DNA of 35,717 nt from Burkholderiaceae bacterium (GTDB taxonomy: Bacteria; Pseudomonadota; Gammaproteobacteria; Burkholderiales; Burkholderiaceae_C): contig JALRFN010000013.1 of the NCBI GenBank assembly GCA_023268425.1, positions 1-35,717 on the forward strand, written 5' to 3'. The notes beneath the pieces were generated by a model, which was not told the origin of the DNA, ran no database searches, and saw only the letters and a list, made by a program, of their open reading frames with translations. Every line of letters begins with the position of its first letter. The first letter of the stretch is position 1. The position numbers and the translations under genes were made by a program. Shown here in pieces: positions 10,418 to 22,386 of the stretch.

Positions 10418-11611
10418 ATGAACCACAACTCCTGCGCCCCCAACTCCCGCTGGCGCATCATTTTGGGCGGCATGTGCGCCTTGGGCTTGAGCCTGGGCAT
10501 GGCGCGTTTTGCTTACACCCCCATGCTGCCCATCATGCAGCGCGAGGTGGGCTTGAGCGTCGCCCTGGGTGGCTGGCTGGCCACCGCCAACTACCTGGGC
10601 TACATCTGTGGCGCCTTGATTGCCGCCTGGCTGGACGACCCCGCGCTGCGCCGCCGTGTCTACCTCTGGGGATTGGGCTTGGGCGTGTTGAGCACGGCGG
10701 GCATGGCCATCAGCACCCAGCCTGCGGTGTGGTTTTTGGCGCGTTTCCTAGGCGGGCTGAGTGGTGCTGCAGGCATGCTGCTGGGCTTGGGTTTGGTCTT
10801 GAGTTGGCTGATGCGCCAAGGCTATCGCGCGGAGTTGGGGGTTTACTTCAGCGGCGCCGGGCTGAGCATCGTGGTCTCGGGTTTGATGGCCATGGCCTTT
10901 GTGGCGGCGCATTGGTCTTGGCAACAACAGTGGTGGGGCTACACGGCGGCGGCTTTGCTGCTGTGGGGCGGCGCTTGGCGCTACAGCCCAGATGCACCGC
11001 CGGCTGCCCAATCGTCGGCGCCCCCTCCGCTGGTCAGCGGTGCGATGCGTCGCCTCATCGTGATGTATTTTTTCGCCGGCATTGGTTTTGCCGTCAGCGC
11101 CACGTTCACTGTCGCCATGGTCGACGCCGCTACAGGCCACGGCACGCAAGGCCCAATCACCTGGATTGGTGTTGGCCTGCTGGCCGCCGTGGGCACCATT
11201 GTCTGGGACCGCATCGCTCGCCGTTGGGGCCAAGTGCGCGCCATCATGTGGGCACTGGTGTTGCAATCGCTGTCGGTGTTTTGGCCCGCCCTGGCGCCAA
11301 CCCTGGTGGGCACGGTCGGCGGCGCTGTGTTGTTTGGCATGACCTTCTCCGGCATCGTGGCCACCAGCCTGGCCGTGGCAGGGCGCTTGGCCCCCAACAA
11401 CCCCGGCAAAGCCATGGCCAGGTTGACCTTGGCTTATGGCGTTGCTCAAGTCTTGGCTCCGGCCTTCACGGGTACCCTCGTGGCCGCCACCGGACACTAC
11501 GAAGTCGCCTTGACGCTCACGGGCGTCATGCTGCTGGCCGGTGCGGCCATGCTGTGGCCTTTGCGGCGTGGTGCCGATGCGCAGCCACCGCAGCTTGACC
11601 CAGGTCAATGA
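10418..11611 (+). CDS. MFS transporter, YbfB/YjiJ-like
   Basis: Motifs LGMARFAYTPMLP.M, GWLATANYLGY..GA, IVWDRIARRWG; about 12 TM segments. Start placed at MNHNS; the track's extension overlaps phaM. Confidence 0.85.
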   Translation: MNHNSCAPNSRWRIILGGMCALGLSLGMARFAYTPMLPIMQREVGLSVALGGWLATANYLGYICGALIAAWLDDPALRRRVYLWGLGLGVLSTAGMAISTQPAVWFLARFLGGLSGAAGMLLGLGLVLSWLMRQGYRAELGVYFSGAGLSIVVSGLMAMAFVAAHWSWQQQWWGYTAAALLLWGGAWRYSPDAPPAAQSSAPPPLVSGAMRRLIVMYFFAGIGFAVSATFTVAMVDAATGHGTQGPITWIGVGLLAAVGTIVWDRIARRWGQVRAIMWALVLQSLSVFWPALAPTLVGTVGGAVLFGMTFSGIVATSLAVAGRLAPNNPGKAMARLTLAYGVAQVLAPAFTGTLVAATGHYEVALTLTGVMLLAGAAMLWPLRRGADAQPPQLDPGQ

Positions 11612-11671
11612 GGCCGTGCGACTGAAGGCCCATGATGGGCTTCACCACAGTGAACTGCAAGGAGGCCAAAC

Positions 11672-12034
11672 ATGACTGACGACATTTCCCAGACCTTCGC
11701 TGCCCAGTTGTTGGACATGCGCGAGCAATTGATCGAGCGCTTGCGCGCCCAGCGTGGCGGACAGGCATCTGCCGTGGAAGCAGCACAATCTGCCCGCGCC
11801 GAAGCCAGCGATGACTGGGCCACAGCCAACGCCGAACGCGACCTGGACTTTGCCTTGCAGGCCCACGAAACCGAAGAGTTGAACCTGATCGATGCGGCCT
11901 TGGCGCGCATTGCCGACGGCACTTACGGCGTCTGTGAAGACTGCGCGTGCGACATCCCCGCCGCCCGACTGCACGCCAACCCCTTCACTGCCCGTTGCAT
12001 CGACTGCCAAAGCAAACTGGAAGCCCGCGCCTGA
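11672..12034 (+). CDS. DksA/TraR-family C4 zinc-finger protein
   Basis: Coiled coil followed by IDAALARIADGTYGVCEDC...IP.ARL.A.P...CIDCQ. AAGGAGG RBS. Confidence 0.88.
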   Translation: MTDDISQTFAAQLLDMREQLIERLRAQRGGQASAVEAAQSARAEASDDWATANAERDLDFALQAHETEELNLIDAALARIADGTYGVCEDCACDIPAARLHANPFTARCIDCQSKLEARA

Positions 12035-12462
12035 TGAGCACCACACCGCCGCCTTCGTTTTTCCACTTGGCGTTTCACGTCACGGACTTGGACGTGGCGG
12101 AACGTTTTTACGTCGATGTTTTGGGCGCAGTGCCCGGGCGGCGCAGCGCCACTTGGGTGGATGTCAGTTGGTTGGGACACCAGCTGTCCATGCATTTGGG
12201 CGAGCCCATGGCCACGGCCAACACTGGCCGCGTGGGCGATCATGCGGTGCCCATGCCGCACTTTGGCTTGGTCTTGGACATGCCCACGTGGACGCAAATG
12301 CGCGATCGCCTGCAAAGCCACGGCGTGGCCATGGTGATCGAGCCGCACCTGCGCTTTGCGGGCGAGCCGGGCGAGCAGGCCACGCTGTTTTTCCGCGACC
12401 CCTTTGGCAACCCGATTGAGATCAAAGGCTTCGCCGACTGGGCTGGCGTGACGGCGCACTGA
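12034..12462 (+). CDS. VOC / glyoxalase-bleomycin resistance-dioxygenase family protein
   Basis: Motifs FHLAFHVTDL..AERFY..VLG, GHQLS.H, PHFG, RF.G.PGEQATLF..DP.GN.IE.K. TGATG coupling to the DksA-like gene. Confidence 0.88.
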   Translation: MSTTPPPSFFHLAFHVTDLDVAERFYVDVLGAVPGRRSATWVDVSWLGHQLSMHLGEPMATANTGRVGDHAVPMPHFGLVLDMPTWTQMRDRLQSHGVAMVIEPHLRFAGEPGEQATLFFRDPFGNPIEIKGFADWAGVTAH

Positions 12463-12466
12463 AGCC

Positions 12467-12484
12467 GCGCATCCGTCGATGCGC
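12467..12484. terminator. Short hairpin between convergent genes
   Basis: GCGCATC-cgtc-GATGCGC; no U tract. Confidence 0.3.
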
Positions 12485-12497
12485 CAAGGGCTGCGTC

Positions 12498-13544
12498 TTA
12501 GGCGTGCGTCGCGCCATCGGCGGCGACATCATGCGCGGTGCTGGACTCAGGCAAAACCGAGCCGCCAGGCGCTTGTACGGTTTGCTCAATCGCGCCAAAG
12601 ACGCTTTGGCCGTCTTTGCCTTTCATGTCGATGCGCACAGTGTCACCGTACTGCATGAACTGGGTCGTGGCCTTGCCGTCTTGCACTTTTTCAATCATGC
12701 GCTTTTCAGCGATACAGCTGTAACCGCGGCTCCAGTCTTTGTTGCTGATGGTCCCACTGCCGACAATGGTGCCCGCGCGGGCACGGCGCGTTTTGCACAT
12801 GTGCGCGATGATTTGCCCGAAGTGAAACCCCATCTCTGGGCCCGCGTCGCACATGCCCACCTTGCGACCGTTCCACTGAACCTGCATGGTCAAGTGCACA
12901 CGCCCATCCTGCCAAGCCTCGCCCAACTCGTCGGGCGTGACCGCCACCGGCCCCATGGTGGTGGCGGGCTTGCCTTGAAAGAAACCAAACCCAGTGGTCA
13001 GCTCACGGGGAATCAAGTAACGCAGACTCACGTCATTGACCAGTGTGAGCAAACGCACCGACTCCAATGCCTCATCGGCAGAAACACCCTGGGGCACGTC
13101 GCCCGTGATGACCGCCAGTTCGGCCTCGAAATCCACACCCCAGTCCAAATCGCTGACTTCGATGGGCGAGCAAGCACCCTGCAAATCGTCGCTGCCGCCT
13201 TGGTAAACCAAAGGCACGCTGAGATACGCCTCGGGCATGTCTTTGTCGTTGGCTTTGCCCACCAATTCCAAGTGGTTCAAGTAAGCTGAGCCGTCCGCCC
13301 ACTGGTAAGCGCGCGGCAACGGTGCCATGCACATGTTGGGGTCAAAGCTGAAGGCGTGGCGCGCCTTGCCGCCATTGAGCGTCGCCGACAGGTCTTGCAA
13401 CTGAGGCGACACAAAGTTCCAATCGTCCAACGCGGCTTGCAAGGTGTCTGCCACGCCGGTGGCGTAATGTGCGGTCGACAAATCTCGCGAGACCACCACC
13501 AGTTGCCCATCGCGCGAGCCGTCTTTGTAGGTCGCCAGTTTCAT
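12498..13544 (-). CDS. Fumarylacetoacetate hydrolase family protein
   Basis: Motifs MKLATYKDGSRDGQLVVVSRDL, PLPRAYQWADGSAY, DFEAE, NDVSLR, GFFQGKP, GTIVGSGTISN. Confidence 0.88.
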   Translation of the reverse strand: MKLATYKDGSRDGQLVVVSRDLSTAHYATGVADTLQAALDDWNFVSPQLQDLSATLNGGKARHAFSFDPNMCMAPLPRAYQWADGSAYLNHLELVGKANDKDMPEAYLSVPLVYQGGSDDLQGACSPIEVSDLDWGVDFEAELAVITGDVPQGVSADEALESVRLLTLVNDVSLRYLIPRELTTGFGFFQGKPATTMGPVAVTPDELGEAWQDGRVHLTMQVQWNGRKVGMCDAGPEMGFHFGQIIAHMCKTRRARAGTIVGSGTISNKDWSRGYSCIAEKRMIEKVQDGKATTQFMQYGDTVRIDMKGKDGQSVFGAIEQTVQAPGGSVLPESSTAHDVAADGATHA

Positions 13545-13598
13545 TGTGCCCAATCCTTTTTTGCAAAACGCCACACGTCGCAGCAGCCAATAGCGCCA

Positions 13599-13610
13599 GA
13601 TTCTAGAATC
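13599..13610. promoter_or_regulatory. Palindromic back-to-back -10 element
   Basis: Perfect palindrome GATTCTAGAATC gives TAGAAT on both strands within the 71-bp divergent gap. Confidence 0.55.
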
Positions 13611-13615
13611 ACCGC

Positions 13616-14353
13616 ATGAGCCCAGATGTCTCCCCACCCGCCTGCCTAAGCCGCCGCGCTGCTTTGGGTGCACTCGCGATGGCGAGCGCGCCATTCTCTT
13701 GGGCACAAGCGCAGACTTGGCCAGGTTCGATGGCGCTGGAGTACGAGATCACAGGGACACGCAACGGCGTCAACACCAGCGCCAGTGGGGGCCTCACCTG
13801 GCAACGCAACGACCAAAGCTACATCGCGCGCTTGGACGTCACCACGCTGCTGATATTCAAGCGAGAACAAATCAGCAACGGCCTGCTCGCGCCCGATGGC
13901 TTGCGACCGCTTTTTTTTGAAGACCACAAGAGACGCATTCAACGGGCCGACTTTGACCCCGAGGGCAAGCTGGTCCGCTACAGCAACGGCCACCACATGC
14001 GCTGGCCGGATGACGGCCAGGATCGGGTCAGCATGCTGATCACGCTGGGGCGATTGACCCAAGCTGCCATGCAAGGTGGAGAGACCCGTTTTGAGCTGCC
14101 CGTCAGCGATGGCAACGATTGGCAGGTCTGGGGCTTTGACATTCAAGGCCGAGAAACCGTTGACACGCCTTCTGGCCCCTGGCCTGCCGTGCGTTTGGTG
14201 CGCGATGACGCAGACACGCGCGGGCAAGACACCCAGCTCTGGCTGGCGCCCAGCTTGCAGTGGTTGCCCGTGCGCATGCTGATCCGCGAAGCCAACGGCG
14301 ACCTCGCCGACCAAACCTTGCGCGCTCACCGCCGCCTGGAGCCCCTGGCTTGA
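13616..14353 (+). CDS. DUF3108-like exported protein
   Basis: Tat-like SRRAALG...AQA signal; motifs S.G...PDGLRP..F, QDRVS, G.ETVDTPSG...AV, LWLAPSLQWLPVR. Confidence 0.75.
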   Translation: MSPDVSPPACLSRRAALGALAMASAPFSWAQAQTWPGSMALEYEITGTRNGVNTSASGGLTWQRNDQSYIARLDVTTLLIFKREQISNGLLAPDGLRPLFFEDHKRRIQRADFDPEGKLVRYSNGHHMRWPDDGQDRVSMLITLGRLTQAAMQGGETRFELPVSDGNDWQVWGFDIQGRETVDTPSGPWPAVRLVRDDADTRGQDTQLWLAPSLQWLPVRMLIREANGDLADQTLRAHRRLEPLA

Positions 14354-14487
14354 GGCGCTCACACACGGCGCTCTTGAAAAACCGCACGCGGACCACAACT
14401 ACCTCCATCGGCGCACAGCCAATCACGCGTCGCCGTGGTTATGATGACTTCGCGACGTCCAGTTCGCATCCCAACGAGGTGGCCCTG

Positions 14488-14778
14488 ATGAACATGTTGT
14501 ACGACTCTGAGCACTTTTCAGTGGTGCACGTGGAAGCACTGCACGACGACGTCACCGAAACCCCAGAAGCCAGCACACCGGCGCCCCAAATGCCTCGCCA
14601 CGCCTTTGAAATCGTCGACAAGCGCTCGGGCAAGGAACTGTTTTTGGACGGTGCATGGGCCGAATTGTTCCAAGAACGCCTGGCCGATTGGCAGCGCCGC
14701 ACCCCGACGCGAGAAGAAGTCGAAGACACGCTCGATGGTTACGCCACCCTGGCACAAAACCCCTTGATCGTGCACTGA
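14488..14778 (+). CDS. BTH_I0359 / DUF3567-like conserved betaproteobacterial protein
   Basis: MNMLYDSEHF.VV...FEIVDKRSGKELFLDG.WAELFQ...P..EEVEDTLDGY..LAQNP..VH. GAGG RBS. Confidence 0.8.
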   Translation: MNMLYDSEHFSVVHVEALHDDVTETPEASTPAPQMPRHAFEIVDKRSGKELFLDGAWAELFQERLADWQRRTPTREEVEDTLDGYATLAQNPLIVH

Positions 14779-14779
14779 C

Positions 14780-15622
14780 ATGTGGCGGCGCGGCTGGGCG
14801 GCAGTGGCAGCCCTCCTGCTTGCGGCGTGCGCCACCACGCCAACGCTCAAAACACCCAGCCCGGAGGACTGGCGCACACTGAATGGCGCCCGAGTGATTT
14901 TGCTTGGCGAGCGCCACGACGGGCCCCAGCAAGAAAACATTCAAGAGCAAGTGGTCACCCACTTCATTGGCTCGCAGCAGCTGCAGGCTTTGGTACTGGA
15001 AATGGCGGACCACCCACAGCACACGCGTGGGTTGCCGCCAACCGCCAATGAGGCGCAAGTCCGTGCGGCCCTGAACTGGTCTGAAGCCGCTTGGCCATGG
15101 GCACGCTATCGCGGTCCCATCATGGCTGCGGTTCGCGCGCGGATTCCGGTATTGGGCGGCAACTTGCCTCACCATGAAATGGCCGCAGCCATGACACAAG
15201 CGTCTGAACTTGAACGCCGCCACCCCGAGCCCTGGGCGCGCCTGCAAAGCCTGGTACGCGATGGTCACTGTGGCTTGCTGCCCGAAGCACAAGTGCCGCG
15301 CATGACCCGCGTCCAGATCGCCAAAGACCAGCGCATGGCACAGACCGCGCTGCAAGCGCTGACCGACGCCGACCAAACGGGCACAGTGGTGGTGATTGCA
15401 GGCGCCGTGCACGCCAACAAACGCTTGGGGCTGCCCCTGCACCTGCCTCCCGACGTCGGCGTACGCGCCATCCACTTGATGGCCACGGGCGGCGAAGATG
15501 CAGCCCCTGGCGAATTTGATGCGGTTTGGCTCACCCCCGCTGCACCAAACGTCGACCATTGCGCGCAACTGCGCAAACAATGGTCAAACCACTCGCGCAG
15601 CGGCGCAGGCCCAGCCAACTGA
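14780..15622 (+). CDS. ChaN/PhuW-family lipoprotein (heme or iron uptake associated)
   Basis: Lipobox LLAAC; motifs VILLGERHD, LVLEM, W....WPW..Y.P, GHCG.LP, Q.A.D..MA, IAG..HA...LG.P. Confidence 0.78.
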   Translation: MWRRGWAAVAALLLAACATTPTLKTPSPEDWRTLNGARVILLGERHDGPQQENIQEQVVTHFIGSQQLQALVLEMADHPQHTRGLPPTANEAQVRAALNWSEAAWPWARYRGPIMAAVRARIPVLGGNLPHHEMAAAMTQASELERRHPEPWARLQSLVRDGHCGLLPEAQVPRMTRVQIAKDQRMAQTALQALTDADQTGTVVVIAGAVHANKRLGLPLHLPPDVGVRAIHLMATGGEDAAPGEFDAVWLTPAAPNVDHCAQLRKQWSNHSRSGAGPAN

Positions 15623-15652
15623 ACAGGCGTCAGCCAGGCCTTTCTCGCGGGT

Positions 15653-16981
15653 TCAGGCGTGGCGTTTGATGGCCGCAGCCAACGTCGCAGTCATCTGGTC
15701 GATCTGGTCAGGCTCGACGATGAAGGCAGGCGCAAAGACCAGGTTGTCGCCGGCGGGTCGGACCAAGACGCCAGACTGGTAGCAGTCCAAAAACACCTCG
15801 TAGCCGCGTTTGCCGGGCGAGCCGGGGATGGGCGCCAACTCCACCGCGGCGGCCATGCCCAAGCTGCGGATGCTGATCACGTTGGGCAAACCCGTGCAGG
15901 CGTTGTGCACGGCATCGCTGAGCACCGGTCCCATTTGCGCGGCCCGGTCAAAGAGTTGTTCTTCGTGCATCAAGCCAATGGCCGCCACGGCTGCCGCGCA
16001 GGCCACCGGGTGGCCCGAGTAGGTGTAGCCGTGGGCAAATTCGGAGAGGTGTTCGGGGCCCGACTCCAAGGCGTCAAACAAGGCGCGGCGCGCCACGATG
16101 CCGCCCAATGGGATGACGCCGTTGGTGACGGTTTTGGCAAACGTCATGATGTCAGGCGTGACCCCGAAATAGTCGGCGCCAAAGGCCTTGCCCAAGCGGC
16201 CAAAGCCGGTGATGACTTCGTCAAAAATCAGCAAAATGCCGTGCTGGTCGCAAATCTGACGCAAGCGCTGCATGTAGCCTTTGGGCGGGATGTACCAGCC
16301 CGCGCTGCCGGCCACCGGCTCGACGATCACCGCGGCCACGTTGCTGGGGTCGTGCAAGGCCAAGATGCGTTGTTCCAACTCCACCAGCGGGTCAAAATCC
16401 CACTCCGGCAACTCGTTGCGGATGTAGCTGTGCTTCTTGGGCTCGTGGATGAACTGCATGTGGTCCACGCGCGGCAGCAGCTGCGCCCCAAAGGCTTTGC
16501 GGTTGCCGGGAATGCCGCCCACGCTCATGCCACCAAAGTTCACGCCGTGGTAGCCCCGCTCACGGCCAATGAAGACCGTGCGCTGCGGCTGGCCGTTGGC
16601 GCGGTGATAGGCCAAAGCCAACTTCAGCGCGGTGTCGGCCGCCTCAGAGCCCGAGTTGCAAAACAAGACCTTGTCCAAACCGGCTGGCGCGATGTCAGCC
16701 ACCGCATGCGCCGCTGCAAAGGCTTGGTCGTTGGTTGACTGGAAGGCCATGGCGTAATCCATGCGCCCCAGTTGGCGGGTGATGGCCTCGGCAATGGGTT
16801 TGCGGTTGTGGCCCAAACTCACACACCACAAGCCAGACACCGCGTCCAAGATCTGCCGCCCATCGTGGGTGGTGCAGTGCATGCCGTCGGCCGCGACCAT
16901 GATGCGCGGGTCGCGTCGAAAATCGCGGTTGGGCGTGAACGGCACCCAATATGCGTCCAGATCTATTGCCTTGGCATCCAT
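15653..16981 (-). CDS. Class III PLP aminotransferase, omega-amino acid/beta-alanine:pyruvate type
   Basis: Motifs YWVPFTPNRDF, SGLWC...GH, NSGSEA.DTALK, RGYHG, VEPVAGSAG, FDEVITGFGR, TFAK, HGYTYSGHP. AGGAG RBS before ATG 16981. Confidence 0.9.
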   Translation of the reverse strand: MDAKAIDLDAYWVPFTPNRDFRRDPRIMVAADGMHCTTHDGRQILDAVSGLWCVSLGHNRKPIAEAITRQLGRMDYAMAFQSTNDQAFAAAHAVADIAPAGLDKVLFCNSGSEAADTALKLALAYHRANGQPQRTVFIGRERGYHGVNFGGMSVGGIPGNRKAFGAQLLPRVDHMQFIHEPKKHSYIRNELPEWDFDPLVELEQRILALHDPSNVAAVIVEPVAGSAGWYIPPKGYMQRLRQICDQHGILLIFDEVITGFGRLGKAFGADYFGVTPDIMTFAKTVTNGVIPLGGIVARRALFDALESGPEHLSEFAHGYTYSGHPVACAAAVAAIGLMHEEQLFDRAAQMGPVLSDAVHNACTGLPNVISIRSLGMAAAVELAPIPGSPGKRGYEVFLDCYQSGVLVRPAGDNLVFAPAFIVEPDQIDQMTATLAAAIKRHA

Positions 16982-17118
16982 GTGACTCTCCTGCGTGGGT
17001 TGAACGATCGCGTTTGAAATTTCGCAATGGATCATTCTGGCACGCCAAGCACGCGCGCATCAAGCACCTGCACACCCGCGACACCTCGTTCTTGGCTGGC
17101 AAATGCTGCGACAATGAA

Positions 17119-18033
17119 ATGTCATCATTTCAATCAAGCGCGCCGCCGCCCGCGCGTGGCCCCATGTCCAACCGCATCCCGCCCATTCAATGCCTACTCA
17201 CCTTTGAGGCGCTGGCCCGTTTGCGCAGCGTCACCCAAGCGGCAGACGAATTGTGCGTCACGCCCAGCGCGGTGAGCCACCGCGTGCGCCAGTTGGAAAA
17301 CGAGTTGGGTACCAAGCTGTTTGGCCGCGCCGACTTTTCGTTGACGACTGAGGGCAGCGAGTACCTCAGCCACGTGCGCGAGGGCTTGGCGGCGTTGGCG
17401 CACTTCCCCAGCAACACCGCCAACAGCGGGCGACGCAAACTGCGCATTGCGGTGACGCCGACCTTTGCCCGTTCCATTTTGATGCCGCGGCTCAAGCATT
17501 TCACCGATGCTTACCCCGAGATTGATTTGACGCTGCAAGTCTCCATCCCGCTGCTGGACGTGGTGGCTGAAGACGCGGACTTGACCATCCGTTACGGCAC
17601 CGGGCGCTATGCGGACGTCGAACACCGCTGCATCCTCAAAGATGAAGTCACCCCGCTGGCTTCACCGGCTTACATCCGTGAACGCGGCCCCTTCCGCAGT
17701 CCAGAAGACTTGGTGGACGAACGGCTGTTGCGCTCGCCGCTGGAACCTTGGCGAACCTGGTTTGCCGCCCACGAGCTGGACTGGCCAGAGCCCACTGAGG
17801 GCTCATCGTTCAACGACGTGGGCCTGATGTGCGACGCCGCGGCGCAGTCACTGGGCGTGGCCTTGGTGCGTTTGCATTTGGGTGCACCCTGGCTGGACTC
17901 AGGGGCTTTGGTGCGCCTGTTTGAACGCAACGTGCCCAGCCCGCACGCCCACTACCTGTGTTGGCGAACCGGGGCGATGGAGCGCTGGGAGTGCGCACAA
18001 TTTGCCGATTGGTTAGAAAAGTCGCTGCGTTGA
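17119..18033 (+). CDS. LysR-family transcriptional regulator (GcvA-like)
   Basis: HTH FEALARLRSVTQAADELCVTPSAVSHRVRQLE..LG.KLF plus a substrate-binding domain. Start uncertain (ATG 17119 or 17164). Confidence 0.9.
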   Translation: MSSFQSSAPPPARGPMSNRIPPIQCLLTFEALARLRSVTQAADELCVTPSAVSHRVRQLENELGTKLFGRADFSLTTEGSEYLSHVREGLAALAHFPSNTANSGRRKLRIAVTPTFARSILMPRLKHFTDAYPEIDLTLQVSIPLLDVVAEDADLTIRYGTGRYADVEHRCILKDEVTPLASPAYIRERGPFRSPEDLVDERLLRSPLEPWRTWFAAHELDWPEPTEGSSFNDVGLMCDAAAQSLGVALVRLHLGAPWLDSGALVRLFERNVPSPHAHYLCWRTGAMERWECAQFADWLEKSLR

Positions 18034-18070
18034 TGGCGCGCTTGACCACCCAGGCATGGATGATCGCCGC

Positions 18071-20449
<2,379 letters not shown>

Positions 20450-20522
20450 ACTTGAACCGGGCTCAACAGGCCGTGTACGAGCTTTCATCCACAAGGCTTC
20501 GTCCTTGTCCTACACTGCGCCG

Positions 20523-22007
20523 ATGAACCCCGAGACCACCCCTCCCAGCCCGCAACGCCTGCAACTGGTGCTCAGTGCTTTGCGCACACATCTGCCCGAG
20601 CATTGCCTGCTGTGGCGCGAACCAGAAACCGTGCCCTATGAATGCGATGGCCTCACCGCTTACCGGCAGCGGCCCATGATCGTGGCTTTGCCCGAGACGG
20701 AAACCCAAGTCGCTGCGGTGTTGCGCACCTGCCATGAACTCAATGTCCCGGTGGTGGCGCGCGGCGCGGGCACGGGTCTCTCGGGCGGTGCCTTGCCGCA
20801 CGCCCAGGGTGTGACCCTCTCGCTGGCCAAGTTCAACCGCATCTTGCAAGTCGACCCACTGCGTCAAGTGGCGGTGGTCCAGTCTGGGGTGCGCAACCTC
20901 GCCATCAGCGAGGCAGCAGGGCCACACGGGCTGTACTACGCACCTGACCCCAGCAGCCAAATCGCCTGCACCATTGGCGGCAACGTCGCCGAGAACTCCG
21001 GCGGGGTGCACTGCTTGAAATATGGCTTGACGGTGCACAACGTCCTGCAAGTCAAGGGCTATACCGCCAGTGGAGAGCCCATCACCATCGGCAGCGAAGC
21101 GCTGGACACGCCGGGCTACGACTTGTTGCCCGTGCTGATTGGCAGCGAAGGCATGTTGGCTGTGGTCACCGAGGTCACCGTGAAACTGGTGCCCAAACCG
21201 CGCTTGGCGCAATGCATCATGGCCAGCTTTGACGACGTGCGCAAAGCCGGTGACGCCGTGGCATCTGTCATTGCTGCGGGCATCATCCCGGCAGGATTAG
21301 AGATGATGGACAAGCCCATGACCGCTGCCGCTGAAGACTTCGTGCACGCGGGCTACGACCTCAACGCCCAAGCCATTTTGCTGTGTGAAAGCGACGGCAC
21401 GCCAGAAGAAGTGGCGGACGAGGTTGCGCGCATGAGTGCGGTCTTGCGCGAAGCTGGGGCCACGGCCATTGCCGTGAGCAAAGACGAAGCCGAACGCCTG
21501 CGCTTTTGGAGCGGGCGCAAAAACGCCTTCCCGGCGTCGGGCCGCATCAGCCCCGACTACATGTGCATGGACTCGACCATCCCGCGCAAACGCTTGGCCG
21601 ACATTTTGTTGGCCATTGCCGAGATGGAAAAGAAATATGGCCTGCGCTGCGCCAACGTCTTTCACGCCGGCGACGGCAACCTGCACCCGCTGATTTTGTT
21701 CGATGCCAACGACGCCGACGAGCTGCACCGCGCGGAACTGTTTGGCGCTGACATTTTGGAAACCAGCGTGGCCATGGGTGGCACGGTCACCGGCGAACAT
21801 GGTGTTGGCGTGGAAAAACTCAACTCCATGTGCGTGCAGTTCAGCGACGCGGAACGCGAGCAGATGTTGGCCATCAAAACCGCCTTTGACCCCAAGGGTT
21901 TGCTGAACCCCGGAAAGGCCATCCCAACACTGAACCGCTGCGCCGAGTACGGCAAGATGCTGGTGCGGGGCGGCCAACTGCCCCACCCAGAACTCGAACG
22001 TTTCTGA
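20523..22007 (+). CDS. glcD: Glycolate oxidase subunit GlcD-like FAD-linked oxidase
   Basis: Motifs YECDGLTAYR, RGAGTGLSGGA, YAPDPSSQIACTIGGNVAENSGGVHCLKYG, GSEGML, NVFHAGDGNLHPLILFD, GEHGVG.EK, LNPGK, CAE.G, LERF. Confidence 0.88.
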   Translation: MNPETTPPSPQRLQLVLSALRTHLPEHCLLWREPETVPYECDGLTAYRQRPMIVALPETETQVAAVLRTCHELNVPVVARGAGTGLSGGALPHAQGVTLSLAKFNRILQVDPLRQVAVVQSGVRNLAISEAAGPHGLYYAPDPSSQIACTIGGNVAENSGGVHCLKYGLTVHNVLQVKGYTASGEPITIGSEALDTPGYDLLPVLIGSEGMLAVVTEVTVKLVPKPRLAQCIMASFDDVRKAGDAVASVIAAGIIPAGLEMMDKPMTAAAEDFVHAGYDLNAQAILLCESDGTPEEVADEVARMSAVLREAGATAIAVSKDEAERLRFWSGRKNAFPASGRISPDYMCMDSTIPRKRLADILLAIAEMEKKYGLRCANVFHAGDGNLHPLILFDANDADELHRAELFGADILETSVAMGGTVTGEHGVGVEKLNSMCVQFSDAEREQMLAIKTAFDPKGLLNPGKAIPTLNRCAEYGKMLVRGGQLPHPELERF

Positions 22008-22020
22008 TGCACGCCGCCAG

Positions 22021-22386
22021 ATGAAGGCCATCCGCGGATTCACCTGGCTGTTGTTGTTGCAAACCGCCGGCGAGTTGCTGGCGCGTGGGCTGCACCTGCC
22101 CTTTCCAGGCCCGGTGGTGGGCATGGCGATGTTGGTGTTGGCACTGTTTTGGTCGCCGGTTCGCGGCGACATCGAAGCCGTCGCGGGCTTTTTGCTCAGC
22201 CATTTGTCTTTGTTGTTTGTGCCGGTGGGCGTGGGCGTGATCAGCCACTTGGATCGCCTGCAAGACAGCGGCTGGCAGCTGGCGGTCATTCTGCTGCTGT
22301 CCACCTGGCTGGGCATGGCGGTCACCGCCTTGGTGTTGCGCGCGCTGTGGCCGCGTCAAGCTGCACACGGGACTGAGCATGACTGA
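22021..22386 (+). CDS. CidA/LrgA-family membrane protein
   Basis: Motifs GE.L...L.LPFPGPVVGM and LL.HLSLLFVP.GVGV; four hydrophobic segments. Confidence 0.88.
   Translation: MKAIRGFTWLLLLQTAGELLARGLHLPFPGPVVGMAMLVLALFWSPVRGDIEAVAGFLLSHLSLLFVPVGVGVISHLDRLQDSGWQLAVILLLSTWLGMAVTALVLRALWPRQAAHGTEHD

Noticed and set aside
17014-17027. TTGAAATTTCGCAA as the LysR T-N11-A operator
   Set aside because: It is plausible by position but too short and degenerate to support from sequence alone.
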